Of a DNA stretch of 64,000 bases, positions 44,501 through 58,605 are shown in pieces. Both the position numbers and the translations under genes were made by a program. The notes below the pieces were generated by a model. The model did no database searches and was not told where the DNA came from. It saw only the letters and a program-made list of their open reading frames with translations. Position 1 is the stretch's first letter, and every line of letters begins with the position of its first letter. Origin of the DNA: the human T2T-CHM13v2.0 reference genome, Homo sapiens; NCBI RefSeq assembly GCF_009914755.1, contig NC_060935.1; one strand, 5' to 3'.

Positions 44501-45629
44501 ATGTCACATCCTGCCGGTTATTATCCCCAGCAGGATGGCAAATTCTTGGCCCTGGTGGTTCAGGACTGAAATACTGATCTACATAGCAGAGCATTGCCAC
44601 TCACTCCTAGGCAAGGAATAAAAAGGCATTCCACATACCAGGAGCACTAACCCTACTTAAGATGGGCTAGTCTTTACAATTCCCTAAATCCTCCTTCCCA
44701 CAGTTTCCTACTGTACGCTAGCAGCCTTTTCCACTTGAACACCTTCTCTCCCCAGCCACCATCTTTGACCTTGCTTTCAAAATGCTCAGAAATAAAACAA
44801 GTATTTGTTTAACAAATTAGACATTTCCTGGAAGATGTCTGCAATTGAATGAAATTGCCCAGAGGTGGTCAAGCCACAGGATAAGGAGTACAGGAGACTG
44901 GCTCACCTACTTCATATAAAGTGTTTGTCCCAGAGAAGACCCAATGGCAAAATTCAAAGAGGTGGACATGGAAAAAAGCAGCCTATTTCTGCCCTTCAAA
45001 TAACAGAGGAAAATAAAGAGAAAAGAAATCATGGAAGAACAATTGACATATAACGAAGAAGTTCTGGATATACCTAGAACTTACAGACAGCAGCAAATAT
45101 TTTAGAATTACTAGGACATCCGAGAGTGTCTAAAGCAAAGCGCTGACAAGCCTAAGATCTTATAGAGGACCCCCCATTGCTTCTGGAGGCAAATTTAAAC
45201 TCCTCTCCACCCACTGGAAGAAATTGAGATTCTCCATCAGTTATACTACCTTAATCTTTTTCTTTGCATGCTTCACCTATATTCTTCCGCTCTGGCTAGG
45301 TCCTCTTCCCTTAGATCTCCTTACCCGTATATCCTCCCCACCACAACAGCTGGTTTCTTCCCACTTTTTTTCCCACTACACCATTGCTACTCAAAACCTG
45401 AGTAGTCTGTAAACTGTTAACATTCCACAATGAGACAAGCAGAGCTACTGAAAGTTCACATCATGGCAACATGACAAATTTTATGATTTTGAATCAATAA
45501 TAAGAACTTTGGGTTTGTATTATGTAGGCTTTCTTTGCTCCATTTTATTTTCCTGAAAATTAATGTTTATATTTTATAAAAACACGAACCATATTGGATT
45601 GGAAATTAAAAACTAAAACAAAAAACTGA

Positions 45630-46012
<383 letters not shown>

Positions 46013-47535
46013 CACTCTTCTATTCTTTTCTCCCACAACCTAATGTTCTTCAGAGTGTGCTCTAAACTATCCTCCCTGTGAATGTTTCTCCTATAGTTTA
46101 TACCCTATTATCATGTAAGCGGCTGGAATTTTTTAAATGAACTAAACAGAAAGGCAAAACAAATCATTCATTCTATTCCTGTGCAAGTTCTTTGCACTAA
46201 GGAGCCCGTTATTTGCTTTATGCTTCTCTCATCCTTTGCACAACACAGACGCAGCACAGTGTGGTGGTTCAACTTCTGGGTTAAAAAGGGACTTAAAAAT
46301 GGAGTCCAATTCCCATGGGCCACAGCCAAACTTTGGCCATGTGACCTGAAGCAAGTCCCTTAACTCTTCTGAGCTTCTAGTTTCTCTTCTGTGATGTGAG
46401 GTCGGCATGGCATGCAAAGCCTTCCCAACTCTAAAATTAAATGATGTCTGTTTGTTCTTAGAAAGGCTCTCAGGTTCCTCACAGTCAAATGGGAAAATAT
46501 CTCCCCTACCCCAGGGTTGGGAAGATTGGAAAGCACCATTAAAACCACAGAGCCTTCTGGGAACTTAAGGCATTTTTATTACTATCCTACATATACTAGG
46601 TGCCCATGCAGAATTCATGAACCAAACATAGAAACTTCACATATTCAGCCTCCAAAACTGAAGGCCAGGACAGTGAGGGATCTGGAACCTGACGAGGCAG
46701 CCACTGAAAAGAGAGGCTATTTGTTCTGGAGAAGATGAGATTGAGGAAGAAACCTGAAGAGCTCTCATGTAAATAAGAGAAGAATATCTCCATTGCTCTA
46801 GATGCATGAATTAAGTACAATCAATAGATGCTTTCAATGGGAAAGGAAGGAAGAAAGGAACTAATAATTCCAAAATGTTTAATATAGCTTAGTGTTTACA
46901 TCTCATTTCCCCTTTTAATATTCACAACTCTGGCCTTACATACCCAAAGTAAAATAATTTTTGGTGAAGTAGAGGCCTGTGGTCTGTCCACTATACTGAA
47001 CTGGGAAGCTAACTGTATCACAAAAAATAACAAAAAAGATTACTGTTAATGTCTTGAGCTGTTCAGTAAGAGAAGCCCCTGCCTTGCCAGAGATACTAAA
47101 CGCAGTGGCTAAAGACAATCTGTCAAGGACACTAGAGAAGAGCTTCCTACCATGAATGTGACTCCTAGAATTCTGGTACCTTAAATCAATACAATGCCTA
47201 TTCATAGCCCCTGAAATACCACACAACTGGAGAGACCAATTCAAGGTTGTCAACTTTTTTATTTTGACTTATAAGCACATTTATAAAACAACTCCATCAA
47301 TCTAAAGAGGGGAGAGGGGAGGAACATTAAATTTAATATTCTCCCCCAAAAGCCAAACGGTATGATCTTACAATAAAAGATGGCCCCTTAAAGTGACTAA
47401 TAATAGAGTCACTTAAAAATCACGACAATACCCCTAGTTTTCATATTTCACCATGCAACGTGTCAAACAGGCAGCTGGAAACCCACAACACTACACCAGA
47501 TGACCTTCCTGACGAGCTACTTATAGATAAAACTT

Positions 47536-47853
<318 letters not shown>

Positions 47854-47930
47854 CTCAGAGATAACAATGCTACTAGACAGAGTCTCTTAAATGATCAAAT
47901 TCTAATGATGGTATTATCCTTTCTAGATAA

Positions 47931-48291
<361 letters not shown>

Positions 48292-48399
48292 TAGTGCCAG
48301 GCTGGAGGCAAATGGTTCACATATCTTAACCTCACAATAATCCTAAGAGGTAGGTTCTATCGCTATTCTCATTTTACAGAACTGGAAATGGAACTTCTT

Positions 48400-48692
48400 T
48401 TTTTTTTTTTGAGACGGAGTCTCGCTCTGTCACCCAGGCTGGAGTGCAGTGGCGCGATCTGGGGCTCACTGCAAGCTCCGCCTCCTGGGTTTTTGCCATT
48501 CTCCTGCCTCAGCCTCCTGAGTTGCTGGGAGTACAGGCGCCCACTACCACGCCCGGCTAATTTTTTGTATTTTTAGTAGAGATGGGGTTTCACCGTGTTA
48601 GCCAGGATGGTCTCGATCTCCTGACCTCGTGATCCACCCACCTTGGCCTCCCAAAGTGCTGGGATTACAGGTGTGAGCCACTGCTCCTGGCC
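48400..48692 (-). mobile_element. AluY-like inserted in a MIR
   Basis: 'gcaagctccgcc', 'accgtgttagccaggatggtctcgatc'; 14-bp TSD aaatggaacttctt. Confidence 0.95.
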
Positions 48693-48794
48693 AAATGGAA
48701 CTTCTTAAAGTCACCTCGAAATGATGTCAAGCCAGGATCTGAATACCCAGACAATCTTCAAAATCCTGTCTCCCGAATCACTACACCATAATGC

Positions 48795-48829
48795 AAAGAA
48801 AGAAAGAAATAAAAGACAGAGAGAGAGAG

Positions 48830-48871
<42 letters not shown>

Positions 48872-48915
48872 GATGGGAGGGGAGGGGAGGGGAGGGGAGG
48901 AAGGAAGGAAAGAAA
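48795..48915 (+). repeat. Polypurine microsatellite (GA)n/(GAAA)n/(GGGGA)n
   Basis: Read directly. Confidence 0.95.
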
Positions 48916-50142
48916 CTGTCAGGCACTAATGAATGATTTTAAGAAATATTCTAAAACTACTTATTTATCCAGGAAATTTATCCTGGATGGATAAATTATA
49001 AGGATGGATGTTTCACTTGGCTTGGTGAAAAGTGAAGACAACACTTATATAACTAACAATATATATGTAATAGTGTTTTCACCATATTTTTTTATCATGT
49101 ATATGGAGAGGAAAAAGAACAAAATCCCAGGAAAATAAATCATGATAGCAGTAAAGATATTTTCTATAAGCCCTACAATTTTTGTCATTATAGTTTACAA
49201 CATGGCAATAAAAATAGCTATTGGACCACTCACTCACCACAGGTGTTAATATCGTTTGTTCATATGTTATTACGTACCTATCACACAGCTGCAGGTAACT
49301 CTAACCCTACATGTCTTACGCTTGCAAATCTTGAATCTGTTTGATAGATAGGCCCTTAGCTATACCAGTCTTTGCACTGCATTGCGGGGATAGGAGGGGG
49401 TGTTGAAGGGAGATGGAGGGATTTGAGGGGGTGGGAATGGCACTAAAAAATCTGGCATATATCTGTCTGTTTGGTTACTAACTAGTTTTAATTTCAAAAA
49501 ATCCCCCCTTCCATTTTACTTTGGTTCTTCTGCTGTTTCCACCCAATATTTAGATAGAAACATGAGCCAAAAAAGTTGGGATGGGTCTTAAATTTGGGGG
49601 CCAGCAGGCTAAAAAGCTTGGCCCAGAATGCAAACTGCCACTTATGTGGCTGACTCAGGACAACCAATGTAAACATGTAAGTTAGTCCAAATATACACAC
49701 ACTTGTTTATATTTTAAAACTTATTTTGCATCTTAGTAATTTCTTCCCTAAAAATAGCCAAGGAACCCTACTGTTTTGGCCAATTTTTTTTTTTATAAAT
49801 TGCTGTTTTGAAAAGAAATTATAATTATCCATGTGTATTGAACAGACCAAAGACATGCTACTATTTTCTAGTGTTGAGAAAAGTTTCAAAGTGCTACCTA
49901 GAAGCAATCATTAAAACCAACGTACCTCCATAAAATGCATTTTTTATCAAATGCTTTATAAATAAATAGTGAGTTAAAATTGAGAAGGAGTGACTATTTT
50001 TATTGCATGTCACCTGGTCAGGTATTTCCTGCAAGAACAGGGACTAGATCCGTCCTTCCAATCCTTGTAATGCTAGGCATGAAAAGAAGGTGGTCCTATT
50101 TTTAAAGTCTTTATGGATTTTTACTTGAATCTCTTTTAAAGG

Positions 50143-50146
<4 letters not shown>

Positions 50147-50192
<46 letters not shown>
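50147..50192 (+). repeat. (GT)23 microsatellite
   Basis: 46 bp perfect dinucleotide run. Confidence 0.97.
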
Positions 50193-50194
<2 letters not shown>

Positions 50195-50213
50195 ATGCTA
50201 AAAGAAATCATAA

Positions 50214-50514
50214 AGCTAGGCACAATGGCTCAAGCTTATAATTCCAGCACTTTGGGAGGTACAGGCTGAGCCCAGGAGTCTGAGATCAGCCTGGGTAACA
50301 TAGTGAGATTCTGTCTCTACAAAAAAGATTAAAAAATACAGCCAGGAGGGGTGGCGTGCCCTGTAGTCCCAGATACTCAGGACAGGGGTGAGGTGGCTGA
50401 GATGGAAGGACAACTTGAGCTTGCGAGGTTAAGATTGCAGTGAGCTATGATCGCTCCAGTGCACTCCAGCCTGAGCAACACAGCAAGACTCTCCACCCGC
50501 CCCAGGAAAAAAAA
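50214..50514 (+). mobile_element. AluJ
   Basis: Diverged dimeric Alu. Confidence 0.9.
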
Positions 50515-50811
50515 GACATAGAAACCATAGAGATGACCTAGTTCAAGTCATTCTCACCCCCACCTTTGGAACTTGTACTGATGAGTAAATCAAAGGCCAT
50601 TTCTTTATTCAAAGCCACACAACCAGAATCAAGACCCAAATCTTGGTCTGTGCATTTTCCACATTTCTCCCAATACAAACTGATAACTAGTATGTATTAC
50701 ATAAAAACATCATTATCTAAAAATTGCAAGAGATGGCAAAACAAATGCAAGTCTAGAATGAACATCTATTTTCCTTACCTAAGACATTTATACTCTTCTG
50801 AAAAATGTATA

Positions 50812-51537
50812 GCAATAGTTCTCAACCAGGGGTGATCTGGCATTGGAGACAGTTGGCAATGTCTGAGGATATTTTTGGTTGCCACCACTTGGCAGGCAGA
50901 AGCTGGGAGGTTACTGGTATCTAGTGAGTAGGGGCCAGGGATGGTGTTAAGCCTCCTACAATGCCTAAGACAGACCCTATGATGGTTAATTTTATGTGTC
51001 AACTTACTAAGCCATGGAGTTCCCACATATTTGGTTAAACGTTATTCTTGGTATATATATAAGGGTGTTTCTGGATGAGATGATCATTGTAATCAGTAAA
51101 CTGAGTAAACCAGATTGCACTCCTTAATATGGGTGGGCCTCATCCAATCTGTTGAAGGTTAGAAAACAATTAAAAGGTGAAGTAAAGGAGAATTTGCTCT
51201 CTCTGCCTAACTGTCTTTGAGCTGAGACTTTGGCCTTCTGACTCATGCTCGAACTAGAACTTACACCATTGACTCTCTTGGCTCTCAGGCCTTCAGACTC
51301 TAACTGAAACTTACCCCATCAGCTCTCCCGGGTCCCAGGCCTTCAGTCGTGGACTGGAACTATACCTCCAATAACCACCTGAGCCAATTCCTTTTAATCA
51401 ATCTCAGTAAACATATATACATATATCCTATATATATTCTACTGGTCCTATTTCTTTGGAAAACCCAGGCTAATACCGGCCCCTACAACAAGAATTATCC
51501 AGCACAAAATGTCAATGCCAAGGTTAAAAAACCCTGA
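50812..51537 (+). mobile_element. MER20 hAT MITE split by an MLT2 LTR
   Basis: 'gttctcaaccagggg...ttggcaatgtctg...ggccagggatg...cctacaatgc' resumes after the LTR as 'ccctacaacaagaattatccagcacaaaatgtcaatgccaaggttaaaaaaccctg'. Confidence 0.9.
50978..51477 (+). mobile_element. MLT2 (ERVL) solo LTR
   Basis: Starts 'tatgatggttaattttatgtgtcaactt', ends 'tttctttggaaaacccaggctaatacc'; 5-bp TSD gaccc/ggccc. Confidence 0.9.
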
Positions 51538-51589
51538 TGTATAAGAATATTGACATTTTCATAATGGAGATGTCGTGATGGTAAATGGA

Positions 51590-52172
51590 GATTTACCATT
51601 TTAAATGTACAGTTCAGTAGCATCCATCACTACCATCCATCCACACAGAACTTTTTTCATCTTGCAAAACTGAAACTCTACCCATTAATCAGTAACTCCC
51701 TATTCCCCACTCCCCCTAGCCCTTGGCATCCACCATGCTACTTTCTGTCTCTATGAATTTTGACTACTCTAAGTACCTATATGAATGGAATTATACAGTG
51801 TTTCTCCTTTTGTGACTGGCTTATTTCACTTAGCATGTCTTCAAAGTTCATCCATTTTGTAGCATGTGTCAGGATGGATTTCCTTCCTTTTTAAGGCTAA
51901 ATAATATTCTATTGTATGTGTGTATATGCCATATTTTGTTTATCCAATTACCCATCAATGGACATGTGGGGTGCTTCTACATTTTGGCTATTGTGAATAA
52001 TGCTGCTATGAGCACAGGTGTGCAAATATTTCTTTTAAAATCCTGCTTTCAATTTGCGGGGAATACATATACCCAGGAGTGAAATTGCTGGGCCATATGG
52101 CAACTCTATTTTTAATTTTTTGAGGAACCACCACAGTTTTCCACAGAAACTATGTCATTTAACATTCCCTTG
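51590..52172 (-). mobile_element. L1MB-like 3' end
   Basis: 'ctactttctgtctctatgaattttgactactct', 'ttttgtgactggcttatttcacttagc', 'tatttttaattttttgaggaacc'. Confidence 0.9.
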
Positions 52173-52370
52173 GGTGCATTTTTACTCGGCAATGCTCTCA
52201 ATAGCAGAAGTTTTCTTTTGTCTACCTCTCTCTGCTCCACTTCCCTCCCTGTACCCTGGCCATTTTATGAAGCAGGTAGTGAGCGAATACTTTAAAAACT
52301 GGGACACTCTTAAAGACACCCTAGGGAGTGATTTTTTAAATATGAATTGTCACTCTCTGGTTTTCCTTGA

Positions 52371-52687
<317 letters not shown>

Positions 52688-53245
52688 TTGAGGTAGGATT
52701 TCTACAATGCATCCTGACCACAGTGGAGGGGTGTGGAGAGGCACGGAGCACATGGGAAGGAATACACCTGCCCACCCAGCAGATGGACCCTTCTCCAAAC
52801 CAATCCTGAAAGCCAACCCAGACCGCAGTCTGTGAAACCTGAGAAAAATAATCCCCATGTCATCTCGAGTTTTCTATGTGACACCTGTTTGTATTCTTTG
52901 AGAAAGAGAGTCTTTCTATTTTTGAGATCTCTTATTTACATGCATCTTGTGGGAAAAGATTCCAGTTTTACAGAGCACAATACCACTGTTAAGGTGACTT
53001 TCAATACAAGTTCAATGGTTCTCATGAGTTAATTCTTGGCAAAATGTAGTTTTGCATACTTACATGTGGGACAGTAGTAGGTCCAAGCTGCTTAGGAAGA
53101 GTATGGATTTCAATTAATTTGTAACTTTGTTCCCACAAAGACCCGGAGGCTTCTCTTTATTTTTGACTAAGAAGTATGGTTAACATACTCACATGGAACT
53201 GTCTGAAAGGGTAAGGTAGTATCTCACATATCTAGAACTCCTTAA

Positions 53246-53442
53246 AGTAGGGGTTCTCAAATTGTGCTCTCAGAACTAGCAGCACCAATATCACCTGGAA
53301 ATTTGCCAGAAATTCAAGTAACTGGGCCCCCACCCAGGTCGATGGAATCAAAAATCCTAGAGGTGGGTCTCAGCAATGTGTTTTACACAGCCCTCCTGGT
53401 GATTCGAATACACATTATAGTGGCACAACGGGGAACCACTGC
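53246..53442 (+). mobile_element. MER5A, followed by MIR fragments to ~53780
   Basis: 'gggttctcaaattgtg...cagcaccaatatcacctggaaatttg...gaaccactg'. Confidence 0.8.
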
Positions 53443-55419
53443 CCGGCTCTCACAAAGCACTTTTATGCTCGTGAAAGTATTTGGACTTCACAGCAACTTT
53501 ACAAGGCAGGTAGGGTTGGGAGAGTGTCCCCTTTTACAAATGGGGAAATTGAGGCCCAGAGGAGTCTTACCTAAAGTGACACTGACTTACCTGAAGTGAC
53601 ACAGTTAAGCAAACAGAATAAGAAATTCATAGAACTAGAGAAATATTGGGGATCATGTAGCCAAGTATCCTCAATGCATAGGTGAGGCAACTAGAACCCA
53701 GAGGCTAAATGATGTGAACAAGATCACACAGTGCCATAATGGAAAGCCTTTTCTCCTGTCAAAGTTCCATTCTCATTCTCCATTAAACCATTACATCTAA
53801 GCAGTCAGCCTCTACTAGTTAACTACCTCCTCAAATGATGAGTTAAGTCATGTATGATAAGTACTTAGTTTGGGACTTACTAGGTATTTCACACACAAAA
53901 AAAGTGGCATGGGTGACTAAATAAGATTGATTTCATCATTACATAAAAAATCGCCTTTAATAAGACAACAGGGTAAGAGGGTTAAGGACACTGAGGCTAA
54001 AGGAATGGACAGATCTTAATCTAACCAGAGAAAGAAATGAATGATAGAGAGAAAGTAAAAAGTTCAAGGGACATGAGGGCTTAATGAGGCTGAAAAATTT
54101 GTATACACTGAGCTAAAAATTTTCTTAAAAAGAGAGAGAGAGGGGCTGTAGTCAGAGGGATTTAGCAGTTCTGTGGTCACAAGGTCCAAGATTTGGTCAT
54201 GGGAGGAAAAGGCTGAAGTGGAGTTGAGACAGGGCTCACCAATGTGATGGAGATAAATGAAATGAGAGGCAAAAGTGTCAAAAGGATTGTCCATGTTGGG
54301 TGAATGACAGAACTTACGGCAGGGGAGAGGATGGCAGAAATCATAAGATCATGAACTTGGCACCCAATCCTCCTTTAAAGGGGACCAACAGACAAGCCAG
54401 TAGATGACAGTATTTGCGAAGGATCAGAACTAAAGGTCAGGGACCACAGATGGAACAGAGATTGTGAGTTAAGATGAAAGCCCAGTGACCTATGGGCAGC
54501 AATGAGGAGCGGTGAGAATCAATCCTGTTCTCTTAACAGTGTAGGAAGATGAGCAGCCTCTAACCAAAAGTCTGCAGGGGAAGCAGTTCTTCAGAGAAGA
54601 GCTAGTGAAGAGGCTGAGATGGAGAAAAGCATATCAACCATGGAAGAGGGTTAGACAGAATGGGGCAAGCAAGGGCTTGGGATTAAGAAGAGGAGTGGGA
54701 AATCAAACCAGAGAAGAAGAGACTAGCAACCCAGCTCCAATACCACATTTTGTGGGAGGTCTACAAGTAGAACTACTCACTCTTTTGTAGGGGTGAAAAT
54801 GCCATCCAAAGAGCCTGATAGGCCACAAGATGAACCTCAATATTAAACACCTTGTTCAACTAATAACTTAGTCCCATGCAGCTACACAACTACGTTACCT
54901 ACCTTGCCGCAAAACTTTATTTTGTTTTGTTTTACAATTTTAGGGGCCTCATTCTTCCATTTTAATGTAGTGATACCTACAGAGGGCTTATAAACCACTT
55001 ATAATCATCTTCAAACACATCTGAGGGGTAGTGAGTTAAATGTTATTACCACTATGTTGTCAACAACAACGACAACAAAAAAACACAGGTGATTTTCAAA
55101 AGATTACAGAGCAAAACAGCACCAGACCTGAGAAGACTCTAAAATGAATTATGACAATCATTCACAAAGAAAGAGTCAATATTCCATGTTCTTCACATTA
55201 TACACAAGAGCTGTGTTGGTTCTATTCTAGACAAATGAAGAAGAGAGGGCCGTAGAGAGAAGCCAGTTATTTTCATTAAATTATCCCTGAAAACTGAATC
55301 CTCTGCTACTTGAAAATCTGGAAGGAAGAAGACTAATTGGGTAAGAAGCAGAGTTTGGTTTCAGATTTTGGTATAAGGAGCTGTTCACAGCAAAAGAGAA
55401 ATAAAGGAAGTTAGTATTC

Positions 55420-55690
55420 ATCAAATATTTCCTATATAACAGGGACTGTACTAGACACATATCGTGCTCAACTCATTTAATTCTCACAACCATTCTGAGA
55501 GACAGGTATTATTAACTCCAACTGGAGGATGAAACTGAGGCTCAGAAAGGTTAAGAAACTTGCCCAAGGAAACACTGGACAGGGCACTTTATCCACAACA
55601 CAAGGATGCCTCAAAAATGGAAGGCCTAGAGTCTTACTGAAAGAAATCCTGGCTGATCTCTGGTCTCCAAACCCCATCTCCCACTCCATT
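55420..55690 (-). mobile_element. MIR
   Basis: 'actcatttaattctcacaacc...gatgaaactgaggctcagaaaggttaagaaacttgcccaagg'. Confidence 0.85.
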
Positions 55691-57574
55691 GTCTAAGGGC
55701 ATATCAGAGTTGGGTGGATCCTGACAGCTGAACCATGTGCCCCTCTCCCAGGTACACCTGTTATTACACACTCAAGTAATACCACTGCACGATGGGAAAT
55801 TCCTCCCCAAGCTCATTCCTACCACTGAACACCAGAGAGGTTAGAAGTCTGAACTAATGGGTAGGTGGTCTCTGAGACTCATGCGTCCCACCTAAGTAGC
55901 CTGTATATCAAAACAGCTTCAGCAAGACGACTCTGTTTTCCCCTAATTACTTGGCCACTTTAACAAGCTTTGGGGGATTTTACTAAAATGAAAATGGGGA
56001 AAGGCTGAAGCAGCTTACAAATGTACAAATTAAAAAATATCTTTACATAACTTTAAGGCTGAATCCATACGCAAGGAGCTGTTAAAAATATGTACATAGG
56101 TATTTATATACATATACATTGTTTTTTAAAGAGAACTCTGGGACAGCTAGAACATTAAAATGACCCTTTCATGAAAATTCCAGGGCATATTCATAACAGG
56201 AGTCAGACAGATTTTGTTTTCTACCAGAGTTCTATAAAAATAAACTGTCATCACAACATCCTTGTGGTAGTAAAAGGCCATATTTGCCTGCAGTTAAATC
56301 CAACAGCAGCTGCTCTATGGAAAAAGACGGCCCAATAATTGGCTTCTTTCACCTCTGTTAATCACGAACAAAAGTGTCATTCAGTTTCAAAATGGACAAA
56401 ATGCTCCAATGGATGGTCAGCTAGCTGAGCCAATGGGGTGGAATAACAATAACCCTGTAGCATTTTCCTTTTTCCTTTTGTTTGGTCTTTCAAAGCCCTT
56501 AATTAAGACCTGCACAAAGCACCCCCACAGGCTTTTTTCAATGAGGCATTACACGCCTGTTTTCTTGTATTTAAAGAAAAAAAAAAATAGCAGGGATTTT
56601 CTGAAACACATTAAACAGAATACACAATTTCCATTTATTTGCAACTGAAACACTGTTAAAATTTTAGAGCTTAAATATTATCATCAGTAACAAAGCAAGT
56701 TCTTTCCATTTCAGGCTTGGGGAGTGGAGGGTGAAAGAGGGACTACTGAGAAGGAGGCGGGAAAGTTAGAGCTGAGACAGGCAGAAGAGTGCCAACTCAA
56801 AGAAGTGCTGTTAAACCATTTCTCCAGGAATAAAACTGCAAGCAGCCATAATTTAGAAAGACCTAGATTAGTCTCTAAACCTTTCAATAGCTTAGCACCT
56901 ACAAACTGAAAGAAACAGCAAAACATGAAATATTCTTAGAGCAAACAACTAGTCAACCGAGACAAAGGGTCATACAAGTTGGAATTGAATCTACTTCTGA
57001 AACACTCCTTAAAAATCACACACAAGAAAGATATTTTTACAATTAAACAATCTCTATAAGAACTTTGTGTAGGTCTATAATTGATTTCTTTTTCTATCTT
57101 GGCCTTTAAAAAGCTTCATATAATTAGGGTGGATAAGAATCAGAATGTCCAGCTTTAAAAATATCCATAGCCTAATTAAGTTTTCATTATTCAATTTTCT
57201 TTTTGCACAACTTAAATAAAGGCTGTTGTGTTCACTTTTAAATGCTCTGAAATATAATCTTTCCGGGTTTTAGACTGTTCTGAAAATACCTAGTTCTGCC
57301 CATAATTTGTTCTTCCCTCCCCCTCTCACAAGTATCCTGAGTGACAGCTTAATGTGACAGCTTTCTTGCCACAATTCACCAAAGGGGAGTGGCAGGTAGG
57401 GTTCTCAGAGAACAAATACCTAACAAAGCCATCATTCTGGGGAGTTACTTTCAATCTGTCAATCCAATCCATCAAGTGGAATGTGCTCCACTATTCTCTT
57501 GTAAATGTGCTTATTTCAAACAAGGCAGAACTCGGGCAGCTGCCCTACAGAAGACTAAATGACCCAGCTCAAAT

Positions 57575-58005
57575 GTCACCTCTGCTGTGAAGCCTTCCAA
57601 TCCCCAAGGCAGAGTAAATTCCCCTCCTCTTTGCTCCCACAGCCCTTTGTTCATCCCTCCTTTAGGGTACTCTCATACTGTATTTGATTCGTGCATGTCT
57701 GTCTTTTCCACCAAACCCTATCACCTATGGACACGTGCGGGCCAGTGTGAGAGACTGGAGGGCACGAACTCTGGAGTCAGACTATGTGGGTTCAAATTCT
57801 GGTTACAGATTATAAATCATGACCCTGGATATATATTTTCAATATATTTGACTAACGCTTATTTAAACATTTTGTACTTCAGTTTTCTGAGCTTAAAATG
57901 GAGATAAAGAATACCTCTTATACAGCTGTTATGACGATCAAGTAAACTCACACATATAAAGCTCTTAGCATGATATCTGGTACACATGAAGGGCTTCATA
58001 AATGT
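57575..58005. mobile_element. L2 3' fragment followed by MIR
   Basis: 'cagctcaaatgtcacctctgctgtgaagccttcc' and 'ctctggagtcagactatgtgggttcaaattctgg'. Confidence 0.75.
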
Positions 58006-58079
58006 TAAAACAGGAAGCACAGTTCATATTGTCCCTCCTCCCCCCACGAATACAGCAGCACACTTAGAAGTACAATAGA

Positions 58080-58378
58080 GGCTGGTTTCAGTGGCTCACA
58101 CCTGTAATCCAAGCATTTTGGGAGGCCGAGTAGAAGGATGGTATAAGGTAAAGAGTTTGAGACCAGCTAGGCAAGACAGTAAGACCTCGTCTCCACAGAA
58201 AAATTTAAAAATTTTTCAAGCCTGGTGGTGCATGCCTGCAGTCCCAGCTACTCTGAAGGCAGAGGCCAGTAGATCACTTGAGCCCACAGGTGAAGGTTGC
58301 AGTGAGCTGAGATGGCGCCACTGTACTACAGGCTGGGCAACAGAGTGAGACCCTGTCTCAAAAAATAAAAAAAAAAAA
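58080..58378 (+). mobile_element. AluJ
   Basis: Diverged dimeric Alu with A tail. Confidence 0.9.
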
Positions 58379-58605
58379 GTGCAGTAGCCACATATTTGAT
58401 GTTCATGGTATAAACTTTGGCTAAGCAAGTTAATTAATAAAATGTCACCAGTAAAATATAATAGAATATCGAAAGACAATCTGTCTATGTCCTTCAAATT
58501 ATTCAACATTTAAGAGTATGTTACATGCAAGGCACAAATATAACCAAGGGAAGAACTAAAAAGATGCTGAGTGAGAGTTGATTCCTGCCTATAGAGAGCT
58601 TAAAA

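Noticed and set aside
48711-48994. Charged K/E/R-rich ORFs
   Set aside because: Translations of the (GA)n/(GAAA)n microsatellite.
51230-51370. Three ~50-bp imperfect repeats (ggccttc(a/t)gactc...gaactta) that look superficially array-like
   Set aside because: They are internal repeats of the MLT2 LTR, with no unique spacers and no cas genes; the DNA is eukaryotic, so this is not CRISPR.
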